From the human T2T-CHM13v2.0 reference genome, Homo sapiens: 64,000 nt of DNA. Every line of letters starts with the position of its first letter. Positions within the stretch are counted from its first letter, which is position 1. The notes beneath the pieces are model-generated. The model saw only the letters and a list, made by a program, of their open reading frames with translations. It did not search any database and was not told where the DNA came from. The position numbers and the translations under genes were made by a program. The stretch lies in assembly GCF_009914755.1 (NCBI RefSeq), contig NC_060948.1, one strand, 5' to 3'. This document shows positions 19,092-33,800 of the stretch, in pieces.

Positions 19092-20749
19092 AGTAAAGTT
19101 TTTTGAGCATACTCATTATCAAGGGTTGGAAGACATAATATTCTAAAAATGTCCATGCTGCTTAAAGTGATCCACACATTCAACAGGCCAATTTTCAATT
19201 TTAAATTAAAGTTTCCCAAAAATATAAATTAAAATAACCCAGAAAATTACATGAAAATCCTGGCAATCTTTAAAAGGAAGCCAAATATTGGAAGCATTAC
19301 ACTTAACAATTTCCAAACACAAAACAAACCTAAAGTAATCAAAACACTTGGTACCAGTACAAAGGTAGAACACGAAAGTAATGAAGCAGAATGCAGCACA
19401 GAAATAAACATTTGAATAGAGAGGAGAGACATACCACCTAGGTTTTTCATTCAGCTGTATTTCACAATTCCTTTGGTAAGCAGGACCCAGGCAGGAGAGG
19501 AGAGTTATACCATTTAAACACTAATTTATGCGATATTTCAAAATTTTTTTCTGGAGGCAGAGAGGCCTGGAGGGACATGTAACCTAGCTGATAGAAGAAG
19601 AGATATGTGATAATATACCCTATTGACAGGACTCATGCAGAAGTATCACATTATTGTGATTCTGAGCCAGCATTACGTAAAAATGCTCCCGTGGAAAGGA
19701 ATTTGAGCCAAAAGACTCAACCTGGGTACTAGGCCCAGAAATATGACACAATCTCATCATCTTTGTAGGTGACAACGTTAACTTTTAGCTAAGTGTGTAT
19801 ATTAGAGTGACAATCTCACATGTTTGCTGCGACAATGTATGACCCTCTGCAACATCCAAGGGACTTATAAAACGTGCATAAGAGTTGCAAAGCTCTCTGA
19901 AGCCTACGTGCTGGTATGGACTCACAATCTTACGTATTATCTTAAACCCAGGTTTGATAGTTGACATCTCTCCTATAGGCAGGGTTAAGGAAAAAGACCC
20001 ATTATTATTTCTGTGGGCTGGGTTTAGAAATGACTGACCATCCCACTTGTGGCCAGAGCCACATATAAATTTCACAATTCCAACTTTGTGCTGTATTCCT
20101 GTGTTAGACTCTTGATCTTAACAGTGGGCATTGTAAATGTGGGATGGTGACAACTTTTAATTTCACCTGGGTTTGTAACCTAGAGCCCCAATCTGAAATT
20201 TTGGCCAGGCCCTGTTATGAAATTTTATAGCACCAAAGAGTTTATATGATATAAGTTAGTATTGTAAGCTTCTGTGAGGTTGTTACATACATGTAACCCA
20301 GGAGATTATCTATTCCTCCAAGCCTAACAATGAAAGGCAAAATATCTTCTATTGCCTGAATCCCAATATAAGTGTGAACATCATGTCTGTGAACTGAAGC
20401 AAGGTATAGGTCATAATCCCATATGCTGGCAAAAACTAGGCAGGAGGGTAACATCACTTAGATGCTGTGCCAGGCAATATGTTACATGCCTTCCTTAGGC
20501 AGGGCATAGGAAATTTGGTCATATTAGCTGGGTGCTGGACCTAGCAATATGACACCATCTCACATGTGGAAAAAACCCAGTCAAGTTATGGGAGCCAAAA
20601 CACCTACATAAAGAGACCAAGATATGTCAAAATACCTTCAGTGGCTCCAGCACAGGAGGACAGTCACATAAAAATGGTCCTGGACTGAGCAATATACAAT
20701 ATGCCATAAGTTCTTCTATATGCAGAAACAAAGCAGAAGAGTAACATCA

Positions 20750-21879
<1,130 letters not shown>

Positions 21880-23076
21880 AAAAATGAGGAGATTCACATA
21901 TCCTGAGTGCTGGGCTCAGTAATGTGCCAAAATCCTCCTATTGTGAATGCCCAGGCAGAAAAACAGAATCACATCACTTAGGTCATGAGCTCAGACATTT
22001 GTCCCAATGTCCCCAGTAGGCAGGGTTCAGGCACACAAGGAGGGTCATATCACCTGTGTGCTTCCCTAGAAATATGTCATAATGTAAAATGTGGGCAGAA
22101 ATTAGGCAGAAGAGCCACATCGCCAGAATGATGGGTTCTGAGATATTTCACAAGGCTCTCTTAGGACAGCACCCAGCAAAGATAGTTACATCACCTAGGT
22201 GCAGGTTCTCTGTTTATGCTACAATTCTCCATGTGGCCTCCATGTGCATAGGACCCAAGGAGGGAGTCACTTCACCTAGGGGATAGGCCCAGAGATATGT
22301 CGCAATGACCTCTATGAAGCATAGCCCTAGCAAAAGAGTACTATCACCTGTGTGCCTGGCCTAAAATATGTCACTGTCAAGGTTGGCAGGGCCCAAGCAG
22401 GAAAGCCACATAACCTAGGTGATAAACCCAGAGATATGTCACAATGCCCTTTTGTGGGCATGGCTCTGGCAAAATAGTACCTTCCCCAGTGTACCTGGTC
22501 TTGCAGTGTGTCACTGTCATTCCTTTTTGCAGGGCTCATTCCAGAGAAGAGAGTTACATAACTTATGAGGTGGACACAGAAATATGTTGCAATAAGTTTG
22601 GTGTGCCTGGCACAGGAAAGAATGTAACATCACCTTGGTGTTAGATCCAGTGATATGTCACAATCTTTACTGAAAGAAGTGCCCAGGCAGCAGAGTCACA
22701 TCACCTGTAGGTTGGCCTACATAGATATGATAATCCCATATATACACTGGAAAAAGCCTGGAGAGTCAAATTAAACAGGTGCTTGGCAAAGATTTATATT
22801 ACAATCACATTGTCAGAAAATTCCAAGGGTGAGATTTACAATGCCACACATGTCCTGTTTTCATATATGACAGTTGGTTTTATCCATATGAGATGATGAT
22901 AGTTCTTACTGTCAGCTGGTTGTGCATACCAGATTCACAATTTCTACTGTGTCCTGAGCCGTGTTTTGACTCTGTCTGTATAACCTAAAGACTTTATAAA
23001 ATATGTGTGCTTGTTGTAATTTTTTGTAAACTTTGTACAAGAAAGAGATTCAGGACATTTGGGATCCCTAAAATTA

Positions 23077-24828
23077 GTTATTAAACTAGGAAAAGATGAA
23101 TTTAAATTGTCTCTGTTTGGAGTTGACACGATTGTATATCTATAAAATCCCATCGTCTGAGCCTAAAATCTCCTTACACTGATAAGCAACTTTAGCAAAG
23201 TCTCAGGATAATAAATCAATGTGCACTCCCATTCACAATTGCTAAAAAGAGAATAAAATACCTAAAAATACAACTTACAAGGGATGTGAAAAATCTCTTT
23301 AGGGTGAACTACAAACCACTGCTCAAGGAAATAAGAGAGAACACAAACAAATGAAAAAACATTCCATGCTCATTGATAGGAATAATTAATATCATGAAAA
23401 TGACCATAACTCCCAAAGTCATTTGTAGAATCAATGCTATCCCCATCAGGCTACCAATAACTTTCTTCACAGAATTGGAAAAAAAAAACTACTTTAAACT
23501 TCATGTGGAACCTAAAAAGAGCCTGAATATCCAAGACAATCTTAAGCAAAAAGAACAAAGAAGGACTCATCACACGACTTGACTTCAAACTATAATACAA
23601 GGCTACAGAAACTAAAACAGCATGGTCCTGGTACCAAAACAGATATATAGATGAATGGAACAGAATAGAGGTCTCAGAAATAACACCACTCATCTACAAC
23701 CATCTGATGTTTGACAGACGTGATGCAAACAAGCAATGGGGAAAAGATTTCCTATTTAATAAATGGTATCTTGAAAACTAGCTAGCCATAGGCAGAAAAA
23801 ATGAAAATGGACCCTTTCCTTGCACCTTGTACAAAAATAAACTGAAGATGGATTAAAAACTTAAACATAAAACCTAAAATTATAAAAATTATAGAAGAAA
23901 ACCTAGGCAATACCATTCAGGACATAGGCATGGGCAAATACTTCATATTTAAACACCAAAAGAAATGGCAACAAATGACATAATTGATAAATGGGATATA
24001 ATTAAACAAAGAAGTTTCTGCACAGCAAAATAAACTATCATCAGAATGAACAGGCAACCTCCAAAATGGGAGAAAATTTTTGCAATCTATCCATCTGACA
24101 AAGGGGTGATATCTAGAATCTACAAAGAACTGAAACACATTTACAAGAAAAAAAAAAAAAAAAACCTATGAAAAGTGCTCATTATCACCAGTAACTAGAG
24201 AAATGCAAATCAAAGCCACAAAGAGATACCATCTCACGCCAGTTAGAATGGCAATAATTAAAAAGTCAGGAAACAATAGACGCTGGAGAGGATGTGAAGA
24301 AACAGGAAAGCTTTTACACTGTTGGGGGGGAGTGTAAATTAGTTCAACCATGTAGAAGACAGTGTGGTGATTCCTCAAGGATCTAGAACTAGAAATACCA
24401 TTTGACTCAGCAATTCCACTACTGGGTGTATACCCAAAGGATTATAAATCATGCTACTATAGAGACACATGTGCACGTATGTTTGTGGCACATATACACC
24501 ATGAAATATTATTCAGCCATAAAAAATGATGAGTTCATATCCTTTGCAGGGACATGGATGAAGCTGAATACCATCTTTCTCAGCAAACTATTACAAGAAC
24601 AGAATAGGAAACACCGCAAGTTATCACTCATAGGTGGGAATTGAACAAAGAGAACACATGGACACAGCGAGGGTAATATCACACAACAGGGCTTGTCAGG
24701 GGGTAGGCGTCTAGGGAAGAGATAGCAGATGCTGGTTTGATTTGTGCAGCAAACCACAATGGCACCTGTATAACTATGTAAAAATACTGCAAGTTATGCA
24801 GAACTTAAAGTAAAATAAAAAAATAAAA
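23077..24828 (+). mobile_element. 5'-truncated L1PA with several internal deletions, no TSD
   Basis: ORF2 RT and C-terminal remnants, 3'UTR and short A tail; deletions near 23226, 24165 and 24486. Confidence 0.9.
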
Positions 24829-27800
24829 CCCAGGCAGAATGTTAACATCACTTAGGTGGTGTATCACACAATATGTCACTATGCCCTCTTTAGGCAGGAC
24901 CTAGGATAAAGGGTCACATTAACTGGGGACTGGAACCAGCAATGTGATACAACCACACATGGAAGAAATCCAGCAAAGTGTTGAGAGCCAAAAGAGCTAC
25001 AGAAAGGGTCAAGGTTATGTGAAAATTCCTTCCATGGCTCTGGCACAGAAAAGAGAGTCACATCATTAGAGTGCTGGGCCAAGCAATCTGCTATAATTCT
25101 TTTCTTATTAATACCCTGGGCATAAGAGTGACATCCTCCACATGCTGGGCCCTGAAATATGGCAAAAGTCCTGTTTATGAGTGTTGTTCATCAACAAGAC
25201 GAGTCACGTTAGTTAAGTGCTAGGCTCACCAATCCGTCAAAATCTTCCCATTTTAAAGCCACATACAGAAGAAAGAGAGAAACGTTGCTTAGATCATAGG
25301 ATCAGAGATATGGCCCAATGTCACTTGTAGGCTGGGCCCAGGAAGAAAAAGAGAGTCATATCACCTAGGTGTTTCTTTAGGTAAATGTCACAATTTAATA
25401 TGTGGGCAGAAACCAGGCTAAAGATCCACATCAACTCATCCTGGGTCCTGAGATTTTCACAAGCCCCCCTTAGAAAAGTACCTATGCAAGAAAGTTACAT
25501 CATGTAGGTGCAGGTTCCACCCTTATGTGACAATGCTCCATGTATGCAGGCAAAGCAGGAAGTTAAATCACCTAGGTGACATGCCCAGAGATATTTCACA
25601 AAGCTTTCTTAAAGCATGGCCCTGGCAAAAAGTACCATCACCTTTTTGCCTGGCCTAGCAATATGCTACTATTCAAGTGCGCAGGTCCCAAGCAGAGGAA
25701 CCATATCACCTACATTATAGGCCCTGTGATATGTCAAAATGCCATCTTTTGGGCATGGCCCTGGAAAAAAACTATCATCACCTCTGTGTCTGGTCTAGGA
25801 ATATATCACTATCCTGCCCTGTGTGCAGGGCACATTCAAAAGAGGAGAGAATTTTCTTCAAAGCAATAGGCACAGAGATTATGTCACAATAATGTGACAT
25901 CACCTGGGTGTGGGTTCAGTGATATCACAATGTTACTGAGAGCAGGGCCCAGGTAGAAGAGTCACATCACTTCAAGGTTGGCTCAGGTAGATATCAAAAT
26001 TCCATATGTAGGCTGGAAACAGTCTGAAGAGTGAAATCGCACAGGTGGTCTGCAAAAATTGATGTCAGAGTAATGGTGGAATTAAATTCTAGGGATGAGA
26101 TATACAATACCACACATGTCCTGTTTTCACATAGGAGAATTGCCTTCATCCGTCTGTTATAATGAAAGTCCTTACTGTCAACTGGGTGTGCATATGAGAC
26201 TCACAATTTTCTCTGTGTGCTAGGAGCTGTTATCACACTCTTTATACAAACCAAGGGTGTGATAATATGTGTGGGTGTTGTCATGATATGTGACCTTCTT
26301 ACCAGAAGGTGATCCTGGACAACCGTCATGTCTCTAACATAGTTATAAGAGTCAAAATTTCTTCTACTGATTCAGTTCACATATTAGAGTCATTATCATG
26401 CCTGCTAGCTGTGCCTAGGTATACATCACTATCCCCTCTGTGGTTATTGAACAAGAAGGACAACCATATCACCTAAATCCTGAGCAAGAAATATTCCAAT
26501 ATTGTCTTTGAAGGCAAGACCCTAACAGAAAATTCACAAAACTTGGGTGCTAGGCAAAGCTGTATGGCAATATGGCCCTTGAAGAAGAAGTCCAGGCAGG
26601 AGAGGATAGTTATATAACCTAAATGATGGACCCAGACATATGTCACAATGATTCATGTTGAAAGCCCCAGGTCAGAGAGTCATGACATTTGGATGCAGTG
26701 CCTAGAAATGCTACAATATTCACTGGAAGCAGGGTTCAGGCAGGACAGAAGAGTCACATAACCTAGATGATGGGTACAGAGATATATTACCATCCCTTCT
26801 GAGGTCACTTTTAGACAGGACAATCCAATCACCAAGGTTCTTGACCAGGAATATGTCAAAATGTAATCAGTGGGCTATAAGTAGGCAGGGTTATTAAATC
26901 ACATAGGAGCTGGACAAAGGTATATGTCACAAAAACAACTGAGGAAAGATTCAGAAATGAGAGTCACCACCCTGCACATGTCCTGGCTCCAGGTACAAGA
27001 GTCATTATTAGGGCTTTTGTCTGGTCTCAGGTATATGGCACAATATCACATGTGGCAGGGAGAAGAAAGGAAAGTCACCTCATCTTTGTGGGTGCTGGTC
27101 CAGTGAAATGTCATAATCCTACTTGTGAGCAGGACTCTGGAAGAAGAGTCACATCACCTGGATGCTGGTTTCAGTGGTATATGTAAATCCCCCTCGTGGG
27201 AAAGTCTTCGGAAGAACAGTAGACAAACATCACCTTGGAAATTGGCATGAATATATGACACAATGGCTGCTATGTCAAGAACAAAGGCTGAATAGTCACC
27301 TAATCCTGGTGCTGGGTTCAGCAATACATCAGAATCTCTTTGGTGGTCATGGCCCAGGCAAGACAGAAGAAACTTTACCTAGGTGCTAAGCCATGGGATA
27401 TGTGAAAAACCTTCCTATTGGCAGAGGTACTAGGCCTAGTGATATGACACAATATCTTCATATCTTAGGGTGACACCTTTGACTGTCAGCTTGGTGTACA
27501 TATAAGTGTTGCAATGTCATGTGTGTCCCGTGTCATCATATGACACACTTTACAACATCCGAAGGCTTTATGCAATATGTATGAGAGTTGCAATCTACTC
27601 TGAGGCTGACATGCTCATATTAACTCATGATCTTACATATTGCTATAAACCCAGTTATGATAGTCCACATCGCTCTTATAGGCTGGGTTGAGACAGGAGA
27701 TCGGTTATTATGCCCTTCATCTGGGTCCAGAAATGAGTCACCATCTCACCTGCAATAAGATACACATATGAAAGTCACTATTCCATCTTTTTACTTTATT

Positions 27801-30800
27801 TGCATTTTAAGCTCAGGACTTCAAAAATGGGCTTTGTAAATGTGAGATGGTGACAACATTTGCTCTCACCTGCAAGAGTAATCAAAAGTCACGATTGTAA
27901 CCATTTGCTGGGCCCTTTTATAAAGCTCTGTGTACCACCCAAAGATTTTATACAATATGAGTTAGTGTTTTAAACTTCTGTTAGCTGTGCTCAAATTTGC
28001 AACTCATAACTTTACATATTACCAAAAGTGTAGTGATGAGAGGCAAAATATCTGCTATTTGTGGAATTCCAACTTCCAATTGATAATCATACCTCTGAAT
28101 TGAAGCAATGTAAATTTCATAATCCCATTTGTTAAAAAAAATAGCAGGAGGTTAACACAACTTACATTCTGTGCCAAGCAATATGTCACAATGCCTTCCC
28201 AACACAGGGTCTGGAATGCTGGTTACGATAACTGGGTGCTGAACCCAGCAATATGACACAATCCCAAACATGGATAAAACACCCCAGACAAGTGAAGAGC
28301 GCCAAATCACCTAAATAATAGGCCCAAGATATGTAAAAATACTTTCTGTTGCTCTGGAAGAGGCAGGAGAGTTACATCATCAGGGTGTGGGTCCCAGCAA
28401 TATCCCATAATTCTATCTTTATGCAGGACCGTGTCAGAAATGGAAAATCATCGTAGTGCTGGGCCCAGCAATACATCAAAATTCCTTTTTATGGCCATGG
28501 TTCTGGAAAAAAAAAAGGAGTCATATTACCTAATTATTGTGCTTAGCAATATGTCACATCAACCCATAAAAAAAAGACAGAAGTAAAAAAGACATTACTT
28601 AAGACACAGGCTCAGATATATGATCCAATGTCCCAAGTAGTTAAGACTCAGGTATAAGAGAACAGTCATATTATGCAGGTGCTTCCCTAGGTTTATAACA
28701 TAATCTAACACATTAGGTGAAGCCAGGCAGAAGAGTCACATCACCTTGATACTTGGTCTGGTGATATGTCACAAGGCTCCCTTTAAGACAGGACTCTGGC
28801 TAGAGAGTTACAACAAATGAGTGCAGGTTCTACCCTTATGTTACAATGTTCTATGTGGTCAGGGCCCAAGCAGGGAGTCACATCATCTGGCTGATAAGTG
28901 CAGAGATATGTCACAATGTTCTCCTGGAATTATGGCCCTAGTGAAAGAGCACCATCACCTTTGTGACTAGCCAAGCAATACGTCACTATTCAGGTAAGCA
29001 GGACCCAAACGGGAGAGCCAAGACACCTAGTTGATAGGCCCAGAGGCTTGTCAAATGTCCTCTTTAGGACAGGGCCCTAGAAAAAGGGTACTGTTACCTC
29101 TTTGCCTGACCCAGCCATATGTTGCTATCCCCCACTGTGTGCAGGGCCCATTTTAATGAGTAGAGTGGTTGACTCAGTGATATGTCCCAGGGATTTCTGT
29201 GCACATGACTCAAGCAAAAATGTGACATGACTTGAGTGCTGGATCTAGTAATATGTCACAATTCTTACTGAGAGCAGAGCCCAGGCAAAAGCATCACATC
29301 ACCTAACGGTTGGCCCAGGTAGGTATCACAATAACTTTGTGGGCTGAAACAATCTTGAAGAGTCAAATCACACAGGTCCTTAGCCAGCAAAGATTTATAT
29401 CACAGACACACTGGCAGAAAATTATCAGGATGAGATTTAAAATATCACACATGTTCTATTTTCATGAATGACATTTCTCTTCATATATGTGAGATGGTGA
29501 CTCCATACTGTCAGCTGGGAGTGCATATAAGACTCACAGTTTCACCTTTCTACTGGGTTCTGTTATTACATTCTCTGTACAGGCCAAGGGCTTTATAAAA
29601 TATCCAAGGCTGTTAAAATCATCTTTTCACAAGAAAGTCATTTATTCACTCCTGTTTCTGAAGCAGGTTATAAAACTTAAAATTACACCAATTTCTGGGG
29701 TCCACATAGGAGAGTCATAATCATGCCTGTGAGTTGTGCCTAGATATACGTAACAATTTACTCTGTGGTAATGAAATAGCCATAACAGCAAAGTACCCCC
29801 CCAAAGGCTGAGCAAGAAGTGTTCCAATATTCTCCTTGTTGGTAAGTTTCTGTCAGCATAGTTTGATAACATGGGGGTTACAACCAGATGTATGGCACAA
29901 TGTGCCTTGTGGGCAGTGTCCAGACAGAAGAAGAGACTCCTATCACTGAAATGCTAGGCCTAGAGGTATGTCACAATGTCGCATGTCGAAAGGACCAGGC
30001 AAGAGATTCAGATCACTTGGATGCAGTGCCTAGAAATGGTACTATCCCCAGTGAAGCAGGGTCCAGCAAGAAGAGGAGAGTTGGATAACTAGATGATGGG
30101 TCCAAAGCCATGTCACAATCCTTCCTGGGGATGTTGTAAAAACAGGAGAATCAAGTCACCAAGGCACTCAGCCAAGGTATATATCAAAATCTAATTTGTG
30201 GGTTACACCTAGGCAGCATTAGTAGGTCACTCAAGAAATGGGAAATGGTATATGCCACAATGACACAAGTGGAAAGTTCCAACAATAGGAGTCACCTTCT
30301 TGCATATGACCTGGCTTAAGGTTTAAGAGTCATGATTAGTCCTCTTATTTGGTCTCAAGTATGTGGCATGATATTATCTATGGGCAGAGAGCAAATAGAA
30401 ATATCACATTATCTGGGTGGGTGCTGGTCCAGTGAGATGTCACAATCTTTCTTGTGTCCAGGACCATAGAAGAAGAGTCACATTACCTGGATGCTAGTTT
30501 TAGTGAGATATCAAAATTCCTTTTGTGGACAGCCCTTAAGAAGTTGATGAGACTCATTTTACCTAGGCAATAGGCCTAGATATATGTCACAATGGCCACT
30601 ATTTGCAAAACCAAGGTATGAAAGTGACCTCACTTTGGCTCTTGGTTTAGTAATATGTCACAATCTCCCCTCCTGTCAGGGTGAGACAAGAGAGGAGAAA
30701 CATGACATATGTGCTAAACCAAGTGATATTTTACAAAGCTTCCCATTGGTGGAACCCAAAATGGAGAGTCACATCACCTGGGTGCAGTACCCAGTTATGT

Positions 30801-33800
30801 ATCACAATGCACCATAAGTGCAGGGCAAATGAAGTAGAAGTCACATCGCTTACATGATAGACCTAGATATAAGCTACAATGCCTTTTATAGGCAGAGATA
30901 AGGCAAATAATTTACCTCGGCTGGGTGCTGGTCCCAGTGATATGTAAAAGTCCAATTTGTAGGCAGGTCCAGGCACCTTTGCTTAGGTTTATGTTCCATG
31001 TATGTCACAATTTCATCCATCATCATGGTTTAAATAATGAGAGTCAATTATTCAGGAGTGGGGCTAACTTTTATGTCCTAATCACACAACAGGAAATATT
31101 CAGAAATGTTTTTCATAGTCCCACACAAGTCTTGGCTTTGTATATGGGAGTCAACACCTCCTGTGATTTGGGTCAAAACAGAGGAGTCACAATCTGAACA
31201 ATGCACAAGATCCATGTATAAGATGCCAATTCCACTTGAAGATTGTGTTCCAGGAAGAGAGTCACAGCTTCACAGGTCTGCTGATTCATGCATCACCAAA
31301 GAACCCATTGGTCAGATTCGTGTATGAAAGAAAAAAATTCAAATTTTGACTGCTTTTTTTTTTAGTGAGATTTAGCACCTTATTTGTAGGCCCTATGCTT
31401 TGAGAGAATGACAATCACGTCAGCTGGGTGTGCATCCAAGAGTGAAAATAACATTTGGTTGCTGTTCTCTGTTATAACATTCTTTGTACCACTCACACTT
31501 TACATGATATGCTTGAGTGTCATAATCCTCTGTGAAATGTATACAATTAGGAGACCGATTACTTTACTTATGGCCATAAGGCTGCTATGAGAATCAAAAT
31601 ATCTCTCCTTTCTGGGTCTAGGTATGGTAGTTATATTTCTTCATGGTAGCTCAACCCAGGTATGTGTGCCAATTTCAACTGTGGGAAGAAACATGGTAGG
31701 AGAGTCTCACAACATGGATGCCTAGCTCAGGATACATTATAATCTCCTTTGCAAGCCATGCCAAGTCAGAAGACTCACGTCACCTGGGTACAGCCTCAAG
31801 TAATATGGTCTCGTGTCCGCTGTAGACAGGATTGAAGAAAAATAGGATAATCACACCACCTAGGTGCTGGGATTAGCAATATGTAATAATTGCTTGTTTT
31901 GGCCAGCTCCAGAATACAGAGAATAGTTGCATGCAATTGTATGTCACAATTTCTTTAATAGGTAAGACCTAGGCAGGAGAGAAGAGTCACATTTCCTAAA
32001 TGTTACCCCTGGAGGATGTCACAATGTTCCTTGGGGGCAAAGCAGAGGCAAAATAGAAAAATCAACTAGCAGATGGGTTCAGAGATATGTATTATCCATA
32101 CTTGGCAGGACCCCAGCAGAAAAGTCACATTATTATGATTCTGCCCCAATGATATGTCACAATGCACACAAGGGAAACAATTTAAACAAAAGTTTTAACA
32201 ACTGGGTACTAGGCTCAGTGATTAGACAAAATCTCCTCATATTTTAGGGTGACACCTTCAACAGTTATCTTGGTGTGTATATGAGTCACATTGTCAAGTG
32301 TGTGCTGCATCATTGTATGACACCCTCTACAACATCTGAGGGCTTTATACAGCAAGCATGAAAGTTGCAAACTACTCTGAGGCCCACATGCTCACATGGA
32401 CTCTCGATCTTATATATTGCCTTAAACTTGGGTGTGATAGTCAACATCTCTCATTTAGGCTGAGTTCAGGAGTGAGACTTATTTTTATGCCTCTGAATTG
32501 GCTCTAAAAATGAGACGCAATCACCCCTGTGGCCAGATCCACAAATTATAGTCACAATTCCAACTTTGAACTGTTTTTACTTGTTGGACTCAATACCTCA
32601 ACAATGGGCTTTGTAAATGTGGGATGGTGATAACCTTTACTTTCACCTGGGAGCTTAATTGAGAGTCACAATCCTAACTTTTTTTCTAGGCCTTGTTATG
32701 AATCTCTCTGTACCACCAAAGGAGTTTATACAATATTAATTAGTGTTGTAAATTTCTCTGAGTTTTGTACAAATATGCAAACCAGGATTTTACCTATTGC
32801 CCTAAGTCTAGTGATGAGAGGCAAAATATCTTCTATTGGTTGAATCCCAATATAAGTTTGAACATCATGCCTGTGAAGTGAAGCAAAGTATATGTCATAA
32901 TCTTATTTGTGGACAAAAAGGAAAAAGAATAACATCACTTTGGTTATGTGGTGAGCAACTTGTCACCATGCCTTCTCTAAGAAGGATATAGGAAGGAGGG
33001 TCCTATTATCTGGGAGCTGGACACAACAATATTACACAGTACTTCTTGTGAGAAAGATTAGCCAAAGGATGAAAGGTAAAACACCCTCAGAATAAGAAGA
33101 CATGTCAAAATTCTCTCTGTAGCTCTGGCACCAGAAGGACAGTAGCATCATCAGGGCGCTAGTCCCACCACTATGAAAAAATTGCCTCTTTATTCAGAAA
33201 TGCAGCAGAAGAGTAATATGAACTGAGTACAATAGATCAAAATTGCTCTTTGTGTGCATGGTTCAGAATAAAGAGTAGAGTCACATGACCTAAATGCTGG
33301 TCTCAGAAATATGTCCACAATCTCATCACTTTGAAGGGTGAAGCAGGGGAGGAGAATAATATCACTTAGGTCAGAGGCTCAGAGATAGATCCAAATGTCC
33401 TCAGTAGGCAGAACTCAGAAAGAAAAGGACAGTAGTATTTCCTATGTGCTTCTTTATGTATAAGTCAGAATCTAACACATGGGCAGAAACCTGGCAGAAG
33501 AGCCACTAAATTACCTGGGTTCTGGGTCCTTAGATATGTCACAAATCCCCCTTAGAATAGAAACAAGGTGAAACAGTTACATTGCCTTGGTGCCGGTTTC
33601 ACTTTCATGTCACAATGTTCTCTGTGGTTGAGGCCAAAATATTGAGTCATATCAACTAGGTGATAGAGCCAGATATATGTCACAATGTCCTCTATGAAGC
33701 ATAGCCCTGGGTAAAGAGTACCATCACCTGTGTGCCTCGCCTAGAAATATGTCACTCTCCAGGTTGGCAGGGACCAAGTAGATGAGCCGCATAACCCAGG

